From: a virus
DNA: 64,000 bases
IMG/VR virus record: IMGVR_UViG_3300036792_000096
Span: 26,658-90,657 of that record
Strand: one strand, 5' to 3'
Position 1 is the stretch's first letter. Each line of letters opens with the position of its first letter. A model generated the notes under the pieces. The model was not told the origin of the DNA. It saw only the letters and a list, made by a program, of their open reading frames with translations, and ran no database searches. Both the position numbers and the translations under genes were made by a program. Below, one piece after another: positions 1 to 8,913 of this stretch.

Positions 1-177
1 CGCTACTTCAAGACGCTGGAAGAGGCTGAGCGCGACGAGCGGCGGAGCGTAGCCGTCAATCTACTCGGAGAGCATGGCATCGACCTCACCTATCGCTTCA
101 AGGGTTCGCTTGAGATGCTGGAAGCGCTGGCCGAAGTCGTCCGCACCGCCACCGTTGCCGAAACGGTGCAGGCATGA
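1..177 (+). CDS. Hypothetical protein, 5'-truncated by window edge
   Basis: Frame 1 open (RYFKTLEEAERDERR...VQA*), stop overlaps next ATG (ATGA). Confidence 0.7.
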   Translation, partial: RYFKTLEEAERDERRSVAVNLLGEHGIDLTYRFKGSLEMLEALAEVVRTATVAETVQA

Positions 178-536
178 GCAACACCCACGACCTGCGGGGC
201 CTCTCCATGCCCCACTCCGACGTCAAGCTTCCCGACGGTCGCTCGGTCAGGGTTGGCCGGGGGGGAGCGGAGTACCTCGGGCGCATGGCCCGGGAGCGCT
301 GCGTTCCCCGGGGCGAGGTCACGGGTTGGGGCTATGGGGGCCAGCGGGGACGCTGCGGCATCGGCACCCAGTACGAGTACCTCAACCGCCTCGTGACGGC
401 GGGTCTCCTGCGCTACCGGTTCGAGCTCACCCCCGCAGAGCGCCAGCGGACCTCCTCGCAGGCCATGGTGGAGATCACGCCCGAAGGTCTGTACGTAGCC
501 CAGCAGCTCGGATTGACGGAAGGGAGTCAGTCGTGA
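174..536 (+). CDS. Hypothetical protein, possible winged-helix C-terminus
   Basis: ATGA/GTGA coupling on both sides; YLNRLVTAGLL...VEITPEG pattern. Confidence 0.65.
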   Translation: MSNTHDLRGLSMPHSDVKLPDGRSVRVGRGGAEYLGRMARERCVPRGEVTGWGYGGQRGRCGIGTQYEYLNRLVTAGLLRYRFELTPAERQRTSSQAMVEITPEGLYVAQQLGLTEGSQS

Positions 537-742
537 ACGCAGGCACGTACTACGAGGTAGGAGATCAGTACGACATCCCGGCAGACGACCCGGAGGACCC
601 GACCGGGGACCCCACCGTCCACCACGGCCACCGAGTTACGGTCGTAGCAGTCGAACTCATCGCCGACTACGGGTCTGAGGGCGATGCTGTCACGGTTCAG
701 TGCTCGTGCGGCGAGAGCTGGACCTTCGCCGAGGAGGGTTAG
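533..742 (+). CDS. Hypothetical protein
   Basis: GTG start overlapping previous stop, acidic, CxC near end. Confidence 0.6.
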   Translation: MNAGTYYEVGDQYDIPADDPEDPTGDPTVHHGHRVTVVAVELIADYGSEGDAVTVQCSCGESWTFAEEG

Positions 743-744
743 CG

Positions 745-948
745 ATGACGATGCGAGTTCAGAATGGGATCAGCACCCTCATCCGCCAGCAGGTCGGTCC
801 CCACGCCCGACGCTCCGACATCGCCGCAGCCATGGCAACCGCCGGCATGGTGCGCCACGCGAGGCGGGCCGTAGACGAAGAGGAATTCGTGGATCAGGTC
901 GCGGAGGCATGGGCAGAGCGGGTCCGAGGCGAAGGGAGCGCCGCATGA
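745..948 (+). CDS. Hypothetical protein
   Basis: GGAGG upstream, ATGA overlap downstream. Confidence 0.6.
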   Translation: MTMRVQNGISTLIRQQVGPHARRSDIAAAMATAGMVRHARRAVDEEEFVDQVAEAWAERVRGEGSAA

Positions 949-1181
949 AGACTGAGAAGGAAGCAACGGAATCGAACTGGCGGAGCCCGGCAATGACGCA
1001 CTGCTGGCTCTGCCACGGCTGGGGCATGGTGGACCGTCGAACGCGGGACGAGACCTCGTGGTCGTACCCCACCGGGGGGCCAAATGGTCAGCGGTTCCCG
1101 GTCTATGAACTGCACCCTGCGTTCGCCTCGTGCGTCGGCGAACTCATTGAGTGCCCGGTTTGCAGGGGAGGCGCAACGTGA
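945..1181 (+). CDS. Small zinc-finger protein (DnaJ-type CxxCxG)
   Basis: CWLCHGWG ... CPVCRG. Confidence 0.65.
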   Translation: MKTEKEATESNWRSPAMTHCWLCHGWGMVDRRTRDETSWSYPTGGPNGQRFPVYELHPAFASCVGELIECPVCRGGAT

Positions 1182-1596
1182 AGACCACCCGAGTGCGAGG
1201 CCATGTACTGCTTGCTGGCGGTGACGCTTGCGAGCCTCGGATACCGCCAGTGTCCTATCGCCCAACGTGGGTGAGGTCAGAGCAGCGTATCGGCAAGGCC
1301 CTCTGCGAGTGCGGAGAGTGGAGTCCCGAACTCCCCAGCACCGCAGCCCGCCAGCGCTGGCACCGAGAGGTCCACAAGCCGGCCGTGGCTGCCTATATCA
1401 GGGACACGGCAGAGCGTACCGACGCAATTACTCTCACCGAGAGCCCCTCGCCGGTTCGGGACAGTACCGGGAAGCGATTGAGATCGCCCGGGATGGCGGC
1501 GATGAGGTGCGGGAACTCGTCATTGAGATCCCCGACAGCGCCGTGTCGAACCTGTTCAAGGTGCCCACGGTCGCTGGCAAGGCGGTGAGTGCATGA
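1178..1596 (+). pseudogene. Hypothetical gene(s) with apparent internal frame switch
   Basis: Coupled GTG start at 1178 is in one frame, while the protein-like C-terminus with coupled stop at 1596 is in the -1 frame. Confidence 0.4.
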
Positions 1597-1769
1597 GCGG
1601 CATCAACAAGGCGAGCAGATGGATCTACCGAGCTGGCCGGTTCTCGAGGGACATCCGGGCCGTGGAGCGCAGCGTCCAGACCGGCAGCCCCAAGCCTCTG
1701 CTCAAGCGTGTCGTGCGCAAGGCTGCGGGCCGGACCTACGGGCGCCTCATGCGGAGGGTGGGGTTGTAG
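1593..1769 (+). CDS. Small basic hypothetical protein (58 aa, not in ORF track)
   Basis: MSGINKASRWIYRAGRFSRDIRAVERS...RRVGL*; overlaps both neighbours. Confidence 0.65.
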   Translation: MSGINKASRWIYRAGRFSRDIRAVERSVQTGSPKPLLKRVVRKAAGRTYGRLMRRVGL

Positions 1770-2095
1770 TGGCCGACATCACGACGACAAGGAAGCCTAT
1801 GCCAGAGATCCAGCCTCCATCGGGGGAGTGGTTCATCGCGGTGAACAGCCTCTGGCGCTTGCTCCCCGAGTCTGAGCCGCATAAGTGCACCGTGCCGAGG
1901 TGGGGCCACGGGCGGTTCTCTCGGGATCCCCAGCAATGCTCGGGTCAGGCCATCGTGGGACTCGGGGGATCATTCTATTGCTCCGAGCATCTTGAGAGCA
2001 CGGGTCTCTGGATTGAGGACGGCAAGGTCGTCATGTGGGACTGGCCGGGCAGCGGAACCAGATTCACGCCCCTCGCCTCGGCGAGAGATCGGTGA
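1769..2095 (+). CDS. Hypothetical protein, possible Zn-binding
   Basis: GTG overlapping TAG; C..C..CxxH. Confidence 0.6.
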   Translation: MADITTTRKPMPEIQPPSGEWFIAVNSLWRLLPESEPHKCTVPRWGHGRFSRDPQQCSGQAIVGLGGSFYCSEHLESTGLWIEDGKVVMWDWPGSGTRFTPLASARDR

Positions 2096-2180
2096 CCTTG
2101 CGGGCGAGCCCTGGTGGAAGACCGAGGAGACCCGAGAGAAGGTCAGGGCGCAGCTACAGCGCTGCCTTGACTGCCTGAAG

Positions 2181-2315
2181 TTAGTCCGCCGTCGGCTCCT
2201 GTGGCTTCCTGTGCAGCGCAATCATGGTCTTTACAGCCATGACCCACATGAGCACGGCAGCCGTGCCAGTGACCTCAAGCAGGATGACCCAGAACGCCCA
2301 CTGCATGCCGCTCAT
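2181..2315 (-). CDS. Small membrane protein
   Basis: MSGMQWAFWVILLEV... hydrophobic; ATGA overlap. Confidence 0.5.
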   Translation of the reverse strand: MSGMQWAFWVILLEVTGTAAVLMWVMAVKTMIALHRKPQEPTAD

Positions 2316-2641
2316 GGCCTCTCCTCCGTAGTCTCGTTCTGCCAATACGGCCATGCGTCTTGATCCACGGGGGCATCCGGGGCAGGCCATGCTTGGATCT
2401 GCTTACCAGTCACCTTCCACGACCACAGGCAGTCTGGACAGATCCCTCTGTCTCCTACCTGCGCTAAGGGTTGAGAGCAGTCTGGACAGGCACCTTCGGA
2501 GACGTGACCGAGCATCGCGCTGAAACTCTGGCTCGGCCCCAGCAGGGACCACAACACGACTGACTCCAGGTCGGTGATGACGAAGAGACGATCTCCCGAG
2601 CATCCGTGCACTAGGACGCTCTCTGGTGGTGCTCCGCTCAT
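2312..2641 (-). CDS. Zinc-ribbon hypothetical protein
   Basis: CPDC...CPDC. Confidence 0.65.
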   Translation of the reverse strand: MSGAPPESVLVHGCSGDRLFVITDLESVVLWSLLGPSQSFSAMLGHVSEGACPDCSQPLAQVGDRGICPDCLWSWKVTGKQIQAWPAPDAPVDQDAWPYWQNETTEERP

Positions 2642-3018
2642 GACCCCTCCTCAGTGTGTTCGGCGTCTATTCGTCGCCAGCGGGTCGGTGTATCCCACCA
2701 CGTCTCCTCCCACGTCTCGAGGTGGCAGGTGTTCCCGAGGTCTCGCCAGTGCTCTAGCCAGTGCTGCGCATCCGTGATACCCCAGCGTCCCTCACGTCGG
2801 CTGTCGGCACTGTAGACGATGCCGGCGTTCGCATCGCTGACAACCCGCCAGTGCGTGACCTTCCGAGGCTCCAACTGCACCCACTTGCCGCCTACCTTCG
2901 CCCACCCGTCGGGGACGGCGTCGAGCGGGAGCCGAAACACGGCGGGGTACTGCTTGGCGTAGTCGAAGGCGGTCTCGCCCTGTGTCTCATCCGCTGCTGC
3001 CTTCGCTGACTCGCTCAT
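2638..3018 (-). CDS. Hypothetical Trp-rich protein
   Basis: ATGA overlaps on both sides. Confidence 0.65.
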   Translation of the reverse strand: MSESAKAAADETQGETAFDYAKQYPAVFRLPLDAVPDGWAKVGGKWVQLEPRKVTHWRVVSDANAGIVYSADSRREGRWGITDAQHWLEHWRDLGNTCHLETWEETWWDTPTRWRRIDAEHTEEGS

Positions 3019-3233
3019 GGGGCCACGTCCAATCCCAGCAAGCACCCGTAATCGTGCTGAAGGTGGGGAACGCCGGCCACCACCATGCAGCCGCACTCTG
3101 GACAGTGATACTGGCCGAGTGGGGCACCCGACAGGCGAACTGGATCCTCAGGACACGGCTGAAGTCCGTTGTGGTCCAGATGGGAACACACAGAGGCTTC
3201 GGCGCAGTGAATCGAGCACTGGGGTTCGCTCAT
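3015..3233 (-). CDS. Small Cys/His-rich protein
   Basis: GQYHCPECG motif; coupled. Confidence 0.65.
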   Translation of the reverse strand: MSEPQCSIHCAEASVCSHLDHNGLQPCPEDPVRLSGAPLGQYHCPECGCMVVAGVPHLQHDYGCLLGLDVAP

Positions 3234-4030
3234 GCTGCCACCGGGCCGTGAGCAAGGATCTGGTGCAACTCCTCAGCGGTGAGCAACTCCAAGTCGTTCG
3301 AGGACAGTGACCGCTTGAGGACCACGGACGCGGCCTTGACGACCTTGAACCGACCTCCGAAGTTTTTGATGGCATCGGCAAGGAGTTCTGCGGCTTCGCC
3401 TGCCGTGGGAGCCGTAGGAGCAGCGCTCGCAGGCGTCTCCTCGGGCCAGCCGTTGGCGTAGGGGTCGGGCGGAGCGGTGGCCGCGGGCGCTGGGGTCGGA
3501 GCCGGTGGCTTGGCGGCAACGGGCGCCGGAGTGGCCGGGCGCTGTGCTGGAGCCGCCGCCTGTGGGGCTGCGCTTGCGGGTGCGGCGCTGTTCTTCCGCA
3601 GCCAAGCGAGGCACCGGGAGGCTTCCCGCTCCATGTCGCTGAGATCCACCTTGCCGGCGACCACGAGGTCTTTCACGTACGCCCAGGCGAACGAGGGATG
3701 CTTGGCGGCTTCCTGAGCGTTGTAGTCCGGGGGTGTCCACGGACGACCGCCCCCACGGTTCCCGCCCCGCTGCTCGGCCTCCACGACGCCGGGAAGCCCG
3801 CTGATGGTGCGGCTGGTAACCTTCCCCTCGCCGTCCTTCTTCTCGTAGACCTCGTACTCAAGCACCTCGCCCTTGCGCTCCCGGATGGCGTCGGCCAGTG
3901 CCTTGCTCCACACGAGCCAGCGCTGATCGTCACCGTCCGCTGCGGTCCAGTAGACCTTGCTGGCGTCGGCCCGCGTCGGCGTCGGCTCGGCGGTGATGGT
4001 GACGAGTGCGAAGGTCTTGCGTTCCCCCAT
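3230..4030 (-). CDS. Hypothetical protein, possible OB-like ssDNA-binding/annealing protein with Pro/Ala linker
   Basis: GAGGAGG RBS; beta-rich N-terminus, Gly/Arg segment, PA-rich linker; near ssb. Confidence 0.55.
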   Translation of the reverse strand: MGERKTFALVTITAEPTPTRADASKVYWTAADGDDQRWLVWSKALADAIRERKGEVLEYEVYEKKDGEGKVTSRTISGLPGVVEAEQRGGNRGGGRPWTPPDYNAQEAAKHPSFAWAYVKDLVVAGKVDLSDMEREASRCLAWLRKNSAAPASAAPQAAAPAQRPATPAPVAAKPPAPTPAPAATAPPDPYANGWPEETPASAAPTAPTAGEAAELLADAIKNFGGRFKVVKAASVVLKRSLSSNDLELLTAEELHQILAHGPVAA

Positions 4031-4072
4031 TTGCTGCCTCCTCTTCTGTGGCGCTCCGGGTTCTTCCGGGCG

Positions 4073-4411
4073 CTATCCCTGTGGTGCTTCGGCTGGTGCT
4101 GTGGTCTCGGTGATGCTGACTGCGATATCGCTGATCCATGTGACTGGTAGGGACCGCTCAATGGTGACCTTGGCGCCGTACTCCTCCAACAGTTTCGCTC
4201 GCTCCTCGGCGGACTTGCGGGAGAGGTACGTCTTCACCCGCGGCCATGAGAAGCTGAAATCGGTATCAGGATCGCCGTTCCAGTTCTTAGCGCCCGGGTG
4301 CTCCCATCCCTCTGGCTGCCAGTCCCAATTCCATTCGCCCTCAGCCGTGTGGTGACTGGTCGGATGGTAGGTGACGTGGAGCCGGTAGGCGTACAGTCTG
4401 CGCTTGCTCAT
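4073..4411 (-). CDS. Hypothetical protein
   Basis: MSKRRLYAYRL...; ATGA overlap with ssb stop. Confidence 0.65.
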   Translation of the reverse strand: MSKRRLYAYRLHVTYHPTSHHTAEGEWNWDWQPEGWEHPGAKNWNGDPDTDFSFSWPRVKTYLSRKSAEERAKLLEEYGAKVTIERSLPVTWISDIAVSITETTAPAEAPQG

Positions 4412-4812
4412 GAGGCAACCTCCGCGGTGGTCTCCCCAGCGTCCCACGACCCGGGCCCTGACCGTCCAAGCTTCGTGACTGCGGCTGTGGCGTACGAGAG
4501 GTCCGGACCGATGGCGAAGGCGTTGATCTCCACCTTGGAGCGCTTGTCGCCCTCGGCGGTCTCCCACGAGCGGGATTCCAGCCGGCCGTTCACGATGATC
4601 CGGTGGCCTTTGTCCAGCGACTCTGCAACGTTTTCGGCGAGCTGCCGCCAGCACACCACATCAAGGAAATCCGTTGCTTCCACCTTCTCGCCGGCAGCGT
4701 TCGTCCACGAGCGGTTGACCGCTATCCCCAGCTTGGCGACTGCGACCCCGCCCGGGGTATAGCGAAGCTCCACGGAGCGGACGAGATTGCCCACGATTGT
4801 GATGTCGTTCAT
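4408..4812 (-). CDS. ssb: Single-stranded DNA-binding protein, actinobacterial type
   Basis: ITIVGNL..VELRYTPGG, VVCWRQLAENVAESLDKG, GRLESRSWET, IGPDL. Confidence 0.95.
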   Translation of the reverse strand: MNDITIVGNLVRSVELRYTPGGVAVAKLGIAVNRSWTNAAGEKVEATDFLDVVCWRQLAENVAESLDKGHRIIVNGRLESRSWETAEGDKRSKVEINAFAIGPDLSYATAAVTKLGRSGPGSWDAGETTAEVAS

Positions 4813-5033
4813 GCTGTCACCTTCCTCCCTGCGAGGGGAGCGGCGATGGTGGCTACTTCGCCCGCTGCGCAGAACAGCGACGGTGCCATGGGGGATTCCC
4901 CCAGCACCCACTTCAGGGCGATCTTGGTGGCGAGCAGGCCCTCAAGCTGCTCAGAGGGGACGGTAGCCCGCCAGAGAGCGGACTCGACCCGTCTGAGCTC
5001 GTCTTGGATCTCAGCTTTCGTCTGGGGACTCAT
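4809..5033 (-). CDS. Hypothetical protein
   Basis: Coupled ORF in leftward operon. Confidence 0.6.
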   Translation of the reverse strand: MSPQTKAEIQDELRRVESALWRATVPSEQLEGLLATKIALKWVLGESPMAPSLFCAAGEVATIAAPLAGRKVTA

Positions 5034-5278
5034 GCTGCACCGCCCACAACCCGGGCCACCGCGGCGAGAGCGTTAGCGCCGTCCTCGGCCTCCACGAGAG
5101 CCACCCTGTCAGCCGACATGGGAGGCACCTTGCGGAGCAACTTGCTCGGGCTCGCGAGCTGAGCGATGAAGTGGTCGGCCATGCTCACCAGCATGTTCAG
5201 GCCCCCGCCCCACGGGATCCATCCCTGACCGTCCATCCTGTTCACTTGCAGCCTGCACATCTCTTCCATCCTGACCAC
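5030..5278 (-). CDS. Hypothetical protein
   Basis: Coupled ORF, AAAGG RBS. Confidence 0.55.
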   Translation of the reverse strand: MVRMEEMCRLQVNRMDGQGWIPWGGGLNMLVSMADHFIAQLASPSKLLRKVPPMSADRVALVEAEDGANALAAVARVVGGAA

Positions 5279-5312
5279 CTTTCCCCTTTCTCGGTGTGGC
5301 CGGTGCTTGGGT

Positions 5313-5843
5313 TCAGACCTCTGCTTGGGCGCTCTCGGCTGCGTCGGCCAAGTCCAGGTAGTCCCGGATCTCCTTGCGGAGTCGGGCGTCCAGCATCCGA
5401 CGGAAGATCAGGGTGGACCGACCGATGAACGACGGGCCGTAGAGGCGGTGCCCGTGCCCGTTACCCTTCGCGTCTGCCACGCCGATGCTCATCTGCCAGC
5501 AGCCCTGGTAGTCCTTGAAGACCTCGAGCGCCACTGTCGTCCCTGTGGTCGTGGTCTCTTCGGGGGTCTCGGTCTCCCCCTCTTCCAACCACGCCTGGAA
5601 CTCCTCTTCGATGGCGATGGCACGGGCACCGTGGCGGGTGACCTCGGCCAGCGTGCCGTTCGCTGCTGCGGACTCCCCCTCCTCAAAGCCCGCCTTGAAG
5701 GCTCTGCGGAGATGGGTAAAGGCTTCATGCCCGGTCTCGGGTGCCTCGTAGGGGTTCGGCATGGCACTGTCGGCGCCGTGCTCGAAGCCTGCGACGAACG
5801 CTGCCCGTAAGGACTCCTCTGTGACCTCTGCTGCTTCTGTCAT
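5313..5843 (-). CDS. Acidic hypothetical protein
   Basis: RBS, high GC3, coupled. Confidence 0.65.
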   Translation of the reverse strand: MTEAAEVTEESLRAAFVAGFEHGADSAMPNPYEAPETGHEAFTHLRRAFKAGFEEGESAAANGTLAEVTRHGARAIAIEEEFQAWLEEGETETPEETTTTGTTVALEVFKDYQGCWQMSIGVADAKGNGHGHRLYGPSFIGRSTLIFRRMLDARLRKEIRDYLDLADAAESAQAEV

Positions 5844-6091
5844 CGCTCTCCCTTTCTCGGCTTGCTGTCCACGAATGGAATCCCGGCCTCCGCTGCCTTT
5901 CTGAGCGCCATCTGGAGGAAGTCACTCTCGGACTGGTGGGCTGGGAACAGCGCCCGCACTGCGTCGGATCGTTCCTGCCGGCGCACCTTCTCCGACCACT
6001 CCTCCATCTCAGGCGTCCACATGCGGTGCATGTCCAAGCACGCTGCTTCCCACTCCCGTAGTGCATCGGCGATGGGCCGGATGTCGGTCAC
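5840..6091 (-). CDS. Hypothetical protein
   Basis: Coupled ORF. Confidence 0.6.
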   Translation of the reverse strand: MTDIRPIADALREWEAACLDMHRMWTPEMEEWSEKVRRQERSDAVRALFPAHQSESDFLQMALRKAAEAGIPFVDSKPRKGER

Positions 6092-6450
6092 GAGGACGCT
6101 TCCTTGGCCTGCTTGAGCAGTGCCAGCACCTGATCCATCGTCTCATCGGGGTAATCGCTCCAGCGGGTATCGCATAGTTCGTTGATACGGTTCCGTCGCT
6201 CTCGGTCTGTCTGAGCAGCGGCGAGCCGTTCCCGGGCATCGGCTGGCGTGATGAGGTAGCGGCGGTGGTAGGTGCGACCTCCGATCTCGTGTCCGTGCGT
6301 GTTCCAGCGGGAGTCGTCGCTGAGGACAACTTGGGTGGCCGTGCGCTTGGAGACCGTAAGAACTGAACCGGAAGAGGGACCCCAATTCTGCGGCTCGATC
6401 ACTCCGACCTCGTCGCCGACGGTCAGGGTCTCAACGTTTAGGTACTCCAC
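6088..6450 (-). CDS. Hypothetical beta-barrel/SH3-like phage protein
   Basis: LTVGDEVGV...TVSKRTATQVVL. Confidence 0.6.
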   Translation of the reverse strand: MEYLNVETLTVGDEVGVIEPQNWGPSSGSVLTVSKRTATQVVLSDDSRWNTHGHEIGGRTYHRRYLITPADARERLAAAQTDRERRNRINELCDTRWSDYPDETMDQVLALLKQAKEASS

Positions 6451-6451
6451 C

Positions 6452-6694
6452 TCACACCACCTTTCCGGTTTGGCCTACGGGCTCCCCAACGGGCCGTACG
6501 AGCCACGAGTAGTCGGTCTCACTGTCGGGGAACCGTCCCCAGATCGTCAGCTGGTCCGAGCTCAGCCGCAGGCTGGCTGCGGAGTACCGGGGGCACTGGT
6601 GGAGGGTCTCAAGGGCTTGCAGCGCACCCAGCGGGCAGGTACGGAGGTGGTTGCCGTCAGCGTCGTAGAGGTTGACGCTCTGGGCTGCGGTCAT
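6452..6694 (-). CDS. Hypothetical protein
   Basis: Abutting ORF in leftward operon. Confidence 0.55.
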   Translation of the reverse strand: MTAAQSVNLYDADGNHLRTCPLGALQALETLHQCPRYSAASLRLSSDQLTIWGRFPDSETDYSWLVRPVGEPVGQTGKVV

Positions 6695-6696
6695 CG

Positions 6697-6954
6697 CTAG
6701 TAGGCGATCTTCTCAAGCCAGAGGATGACCGCCCTAGCCTCCATGGGTGTGATCTCGTGACGATGGGAAACCGTGGCTCCCATGATGTCGCCCTCGTGGA
6801 AGATCACGTACCCCGTGCCTCCGCCGGAACCGTTGGGCTGGAACACGGTCAACTGCATGCCGTTGGGACCTTCCCAAATCTGGAACTCAAGCACTCCGAA
6901 CCTCCCTCGTGTAGGTGTAGTGCCATTGTACGGGTCTACCGTTACACGAGTCAA
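6697..6954 (-). CDS. Hypothetical protein (start uncertain)
   Basis: First ORF of leftward operon. Confidence 0.5.
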   Translation of the reverse strand: MTRVTVDPYNGTTPTRGRFGVLEFQIWEGPNGMQLTVFQPNGSGGGTGYVIFHEGDIMGATVSHRHEITPMEARAVILWLEKIAY

Positions 6955-6980
6955 TAGGCTTGACCCATGTTTCCCCGTGG

Positions 6981-7009
6981 TTGACCCTAGCTACGTCGCG
7001 GCGTAGACT
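6981..7009 (+). promoter_or_regulatory. SigA-type promoter, probably leaderless, with near-palindromic spacer
   Basis: TTGACC-17nt-TAGACT; ATG 7 nt after -10 with no RBS; CTACGtcgcggCGTAG in spacer. Confidence 0.7.
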
Positions 7010-7015
7010 CCTGCC

Positions 7016-7237
7016 ATGGTCGTGCAAGCGGAGACCCTAGGTCAGCGCATCCGGCGTCTGCGTGGCGAGACCGGCATGACGCTCCGGGCCATGGCTGAGA
7101 AGGTGGACAAGCAGCCATCGACGCTTTTGGAGATTGAGAAGGACCGCTCGGACCCGAAACTCTCGACGCTTCGGGCCATCGCTGGCAAGCTCGGGCAGAC
7201 TCCGGCTGAGTTGCTTGAGGGAGTGAGGGAGCCGTGA
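7016..7237 (+). CDS. XRE/Cro-like HTH regulator
   Basis: LGQRIRRLR...MTLRAMAEK...IEKDRSDPKLSTLRAIA. Confidence 0.9.
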   Translation: MVVQAETLGQRIRRLRGETGMTLRAMAEKVDKQPSTLLEIEKDRSDPKLSTLRAIAGKLGQTPAELLEGVREP

Positions 7238-7614
7238 CGGCTTCTGCCCGGCAGTGGGAAGTCTTCAAGGGCAAGTACAGCCGCTTGAGGGAACCCGCCA
7301 TAAGCGTTCACCCGAACGGCACATTGGTTCTCAACCGCTCGGCCGCGGAAGCTTTGGGCCATCCTGCTCGGGTATCCCTTGTTTTTGACGCCGAGGAAGG
7401 GCTGATAGGGGTCACGATTCTGCGAGGGGATGACCCCGGTTACGCGCTCCGCGCCAACGGTCAGATCGCAGCCAGAGCCCTGCTCCGACGGATGGCGTGG
7501 GAGCCAACAGAGGTACGGCGCTATGAAGCCCGCTGGTATGACGACGTGCTCGCGATCTCTCTGCAAGAGCCTGGAACGGTTGTCACCAGAATGCCAAAAT
7601 CGGAGTCAGCGTGA
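7234..7614 (+). CDS. Hypothetical protein
   Basis: Coupled to HTH gene. Confidence 0.65.
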   Translation: MTASARQWEVFKGKYSRLREPAISVHPNGTLVLNRSAAEALGHPARVSLVFDAEEGLIGVTILRGDDPGYALRANGQIAARALLRRMAWEPTEVRRYEARWYDDVLAISLQEPGTVVTRMPKSESA

Positions 7615-7826
7615 GCGATCCCCGCTGGCGCTCCCGCCCCTTCGGTGCCGACACCTCCGCTCGTGGAGTGATAGCGGAGTGCCTGACGCTTCGCGACAGC
7701 TACTTCGAGCAGACGGACCCGCCACAGATTCCGCCGGGGATCTGGTCTGAGGCGGGAGCCATCGTCAACGCTCTGCGGGCTGCGGGGTTCGTGCTGCGCA
7801 GGACTAAGGAAGCGAGGCAACCGTGA
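7611..7826 (+). CDS. Hypothetical protein
   Basis: GTGA coupling. Confidence 0.55.
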   Translation: MSDPRWRSRPFGADTSARGVIAECLTLRDSYFEQTDPPQIPPGIWSEAGAIVNALRAAGFVLRRTKEARQP

Positions 7827-8011
7827 CTAGACGCCCATGGGAGATTTGGTACGGGCCGGCCGCGGATGGGACTCGGATACGACGGACGAAGTTCTACGAG
7901 ATTGACTGCGAGACCGGCGGGTGCGTGATCGACTCCACACCTAATGTCCGAGAGGCCGACAGGATTGCTCGGGTTCACCTAAAGACTCACCAGTCCAAGA
8001 GCACAGCGTGA
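7823..8011 (+). CDS. Hypothetical protein
   Basis: GTGA coupling. Confidence 0.55.
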   Translation: MTRRPWEIWYGPAADGTRIRRTKFYEIDCETGGCVIDSTPNVREADRIARVHLKTHQSKSTA

Positions 8012-8457
8012 AGCGGACCCAGATCCAGCGCCACACTCCCATGCCCCGCGGAGGCCCCCTGCGCCGCATCGTCGGCCTGACTTCCACCACGCCCCTCAAG
8101 CGCTACACGCCGGTCAACCCCGTCTCCCAGACCCGCAGGGACGAACGCCCGCAGCGTGACGCCTGCCGAGCCGTCGTGCTGGCCCGGGACCCGATCTGCA
8201 CCTTCCCCGGCTGCCGACGGTCGTCCACCGAGGTCCACGAGCTTCACCGAGGCGCAGGCCGGCACGCAGATTACTTGGACCCTGAGATGTGTCGGGGCGT
8301 CTGCGGGCTCCGTGTCGGTGGCCCGCACCATTCGTGGCTGACTTTGAACCCTGAGAAGGCGTACCGGCTCGGGATGGCGCTACGGACCGGCGAGACGCTG
8401 GCGGATCTGGCCGTGGGCACCGCGGCTCTGGCCCGGGAGTTGGGAGCTCCGGAGTGA
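8008..8457 (+). CDS. HNH-like nuclease
   Basis: RDPIC...C..STEVHE..RG.G...VC...HH.W...NP. Confidence 0.7.
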   Translation: MKRTQIQRHTPMPRGGPLRRIVGLTSTTPLKRYTPVNPVSQTRRDERPQRDACRAVVLARDPICTFPGCRRSSTEVHELHRGAGRHADYLDPEMCRGVCGLRVGGPHHSWLTLNPEKAYRLGMALRTGETLADLAVGTAALARELGAPE

Positions 8458-8636
8458 GGATCTACTTCGATCCTCGAGACTGGTGGATCGGCTATTACCG
8501 TGGCCCGCATCATCACTACGTCTGCCCGCTGCCGACTCTGGTGATCCGTTGGAGACGGCCCGTTCGGCTGGATGCGGACGGATTCTGTAGACATGGGCTA
8601 GCAGCGGGAGTCGGTTGCCATGTGTGCGATGCCTGA
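8454..8636 (+). CDS. Hypothetical protein
   Basis: FDPRDWWIGYY...YVCPLPTLVIRW. Confidence 0.55.
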   Translation: MRIYFDPRDWWIGYYRGPHHHYVCPLPTLVIRWRRPVRLDADGFCRHGLAAGVGCHVCDA

Positions 8637-8913
8637 CCGAACTCCCATGATCTTCGTTGAGCTCCAACTCCGCCCCTCGCCCCCAGAGGGCGCTGTCCCC
8701 TACTTCTGGGGGGTCTCCACGCTTACCTTCTACACCTCCTATGGCGGAGAGAAGATCTGGGAGGCTGACCTCTCGCCTCTCCCGTATCCCAAACACGTGG
8801 AGAAGCGAGACGGCTTCGGCTGGGTGCTCGTTCTCGAGTACACCCACGAGGATGCCAAGCGGGTGCTGGCCGGGATGGGGCTGCCGGAGTGCGTGGTGGG
8901 GGAGACGGCGTGA
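8620..8913 (+). CDS. Hypothetical protein
   Basis: Coupled to methyltransferase start. Confidence 0.55.
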   Translation: MCAMPDRTPMIFVELQLRPSPPEGAVPYFWGVSTLTFYTSYGGEKIWEADLSPLPYPKHVEKRDGFGWVLVLEYTHEDAKRVLAGMGLPECVVGETA

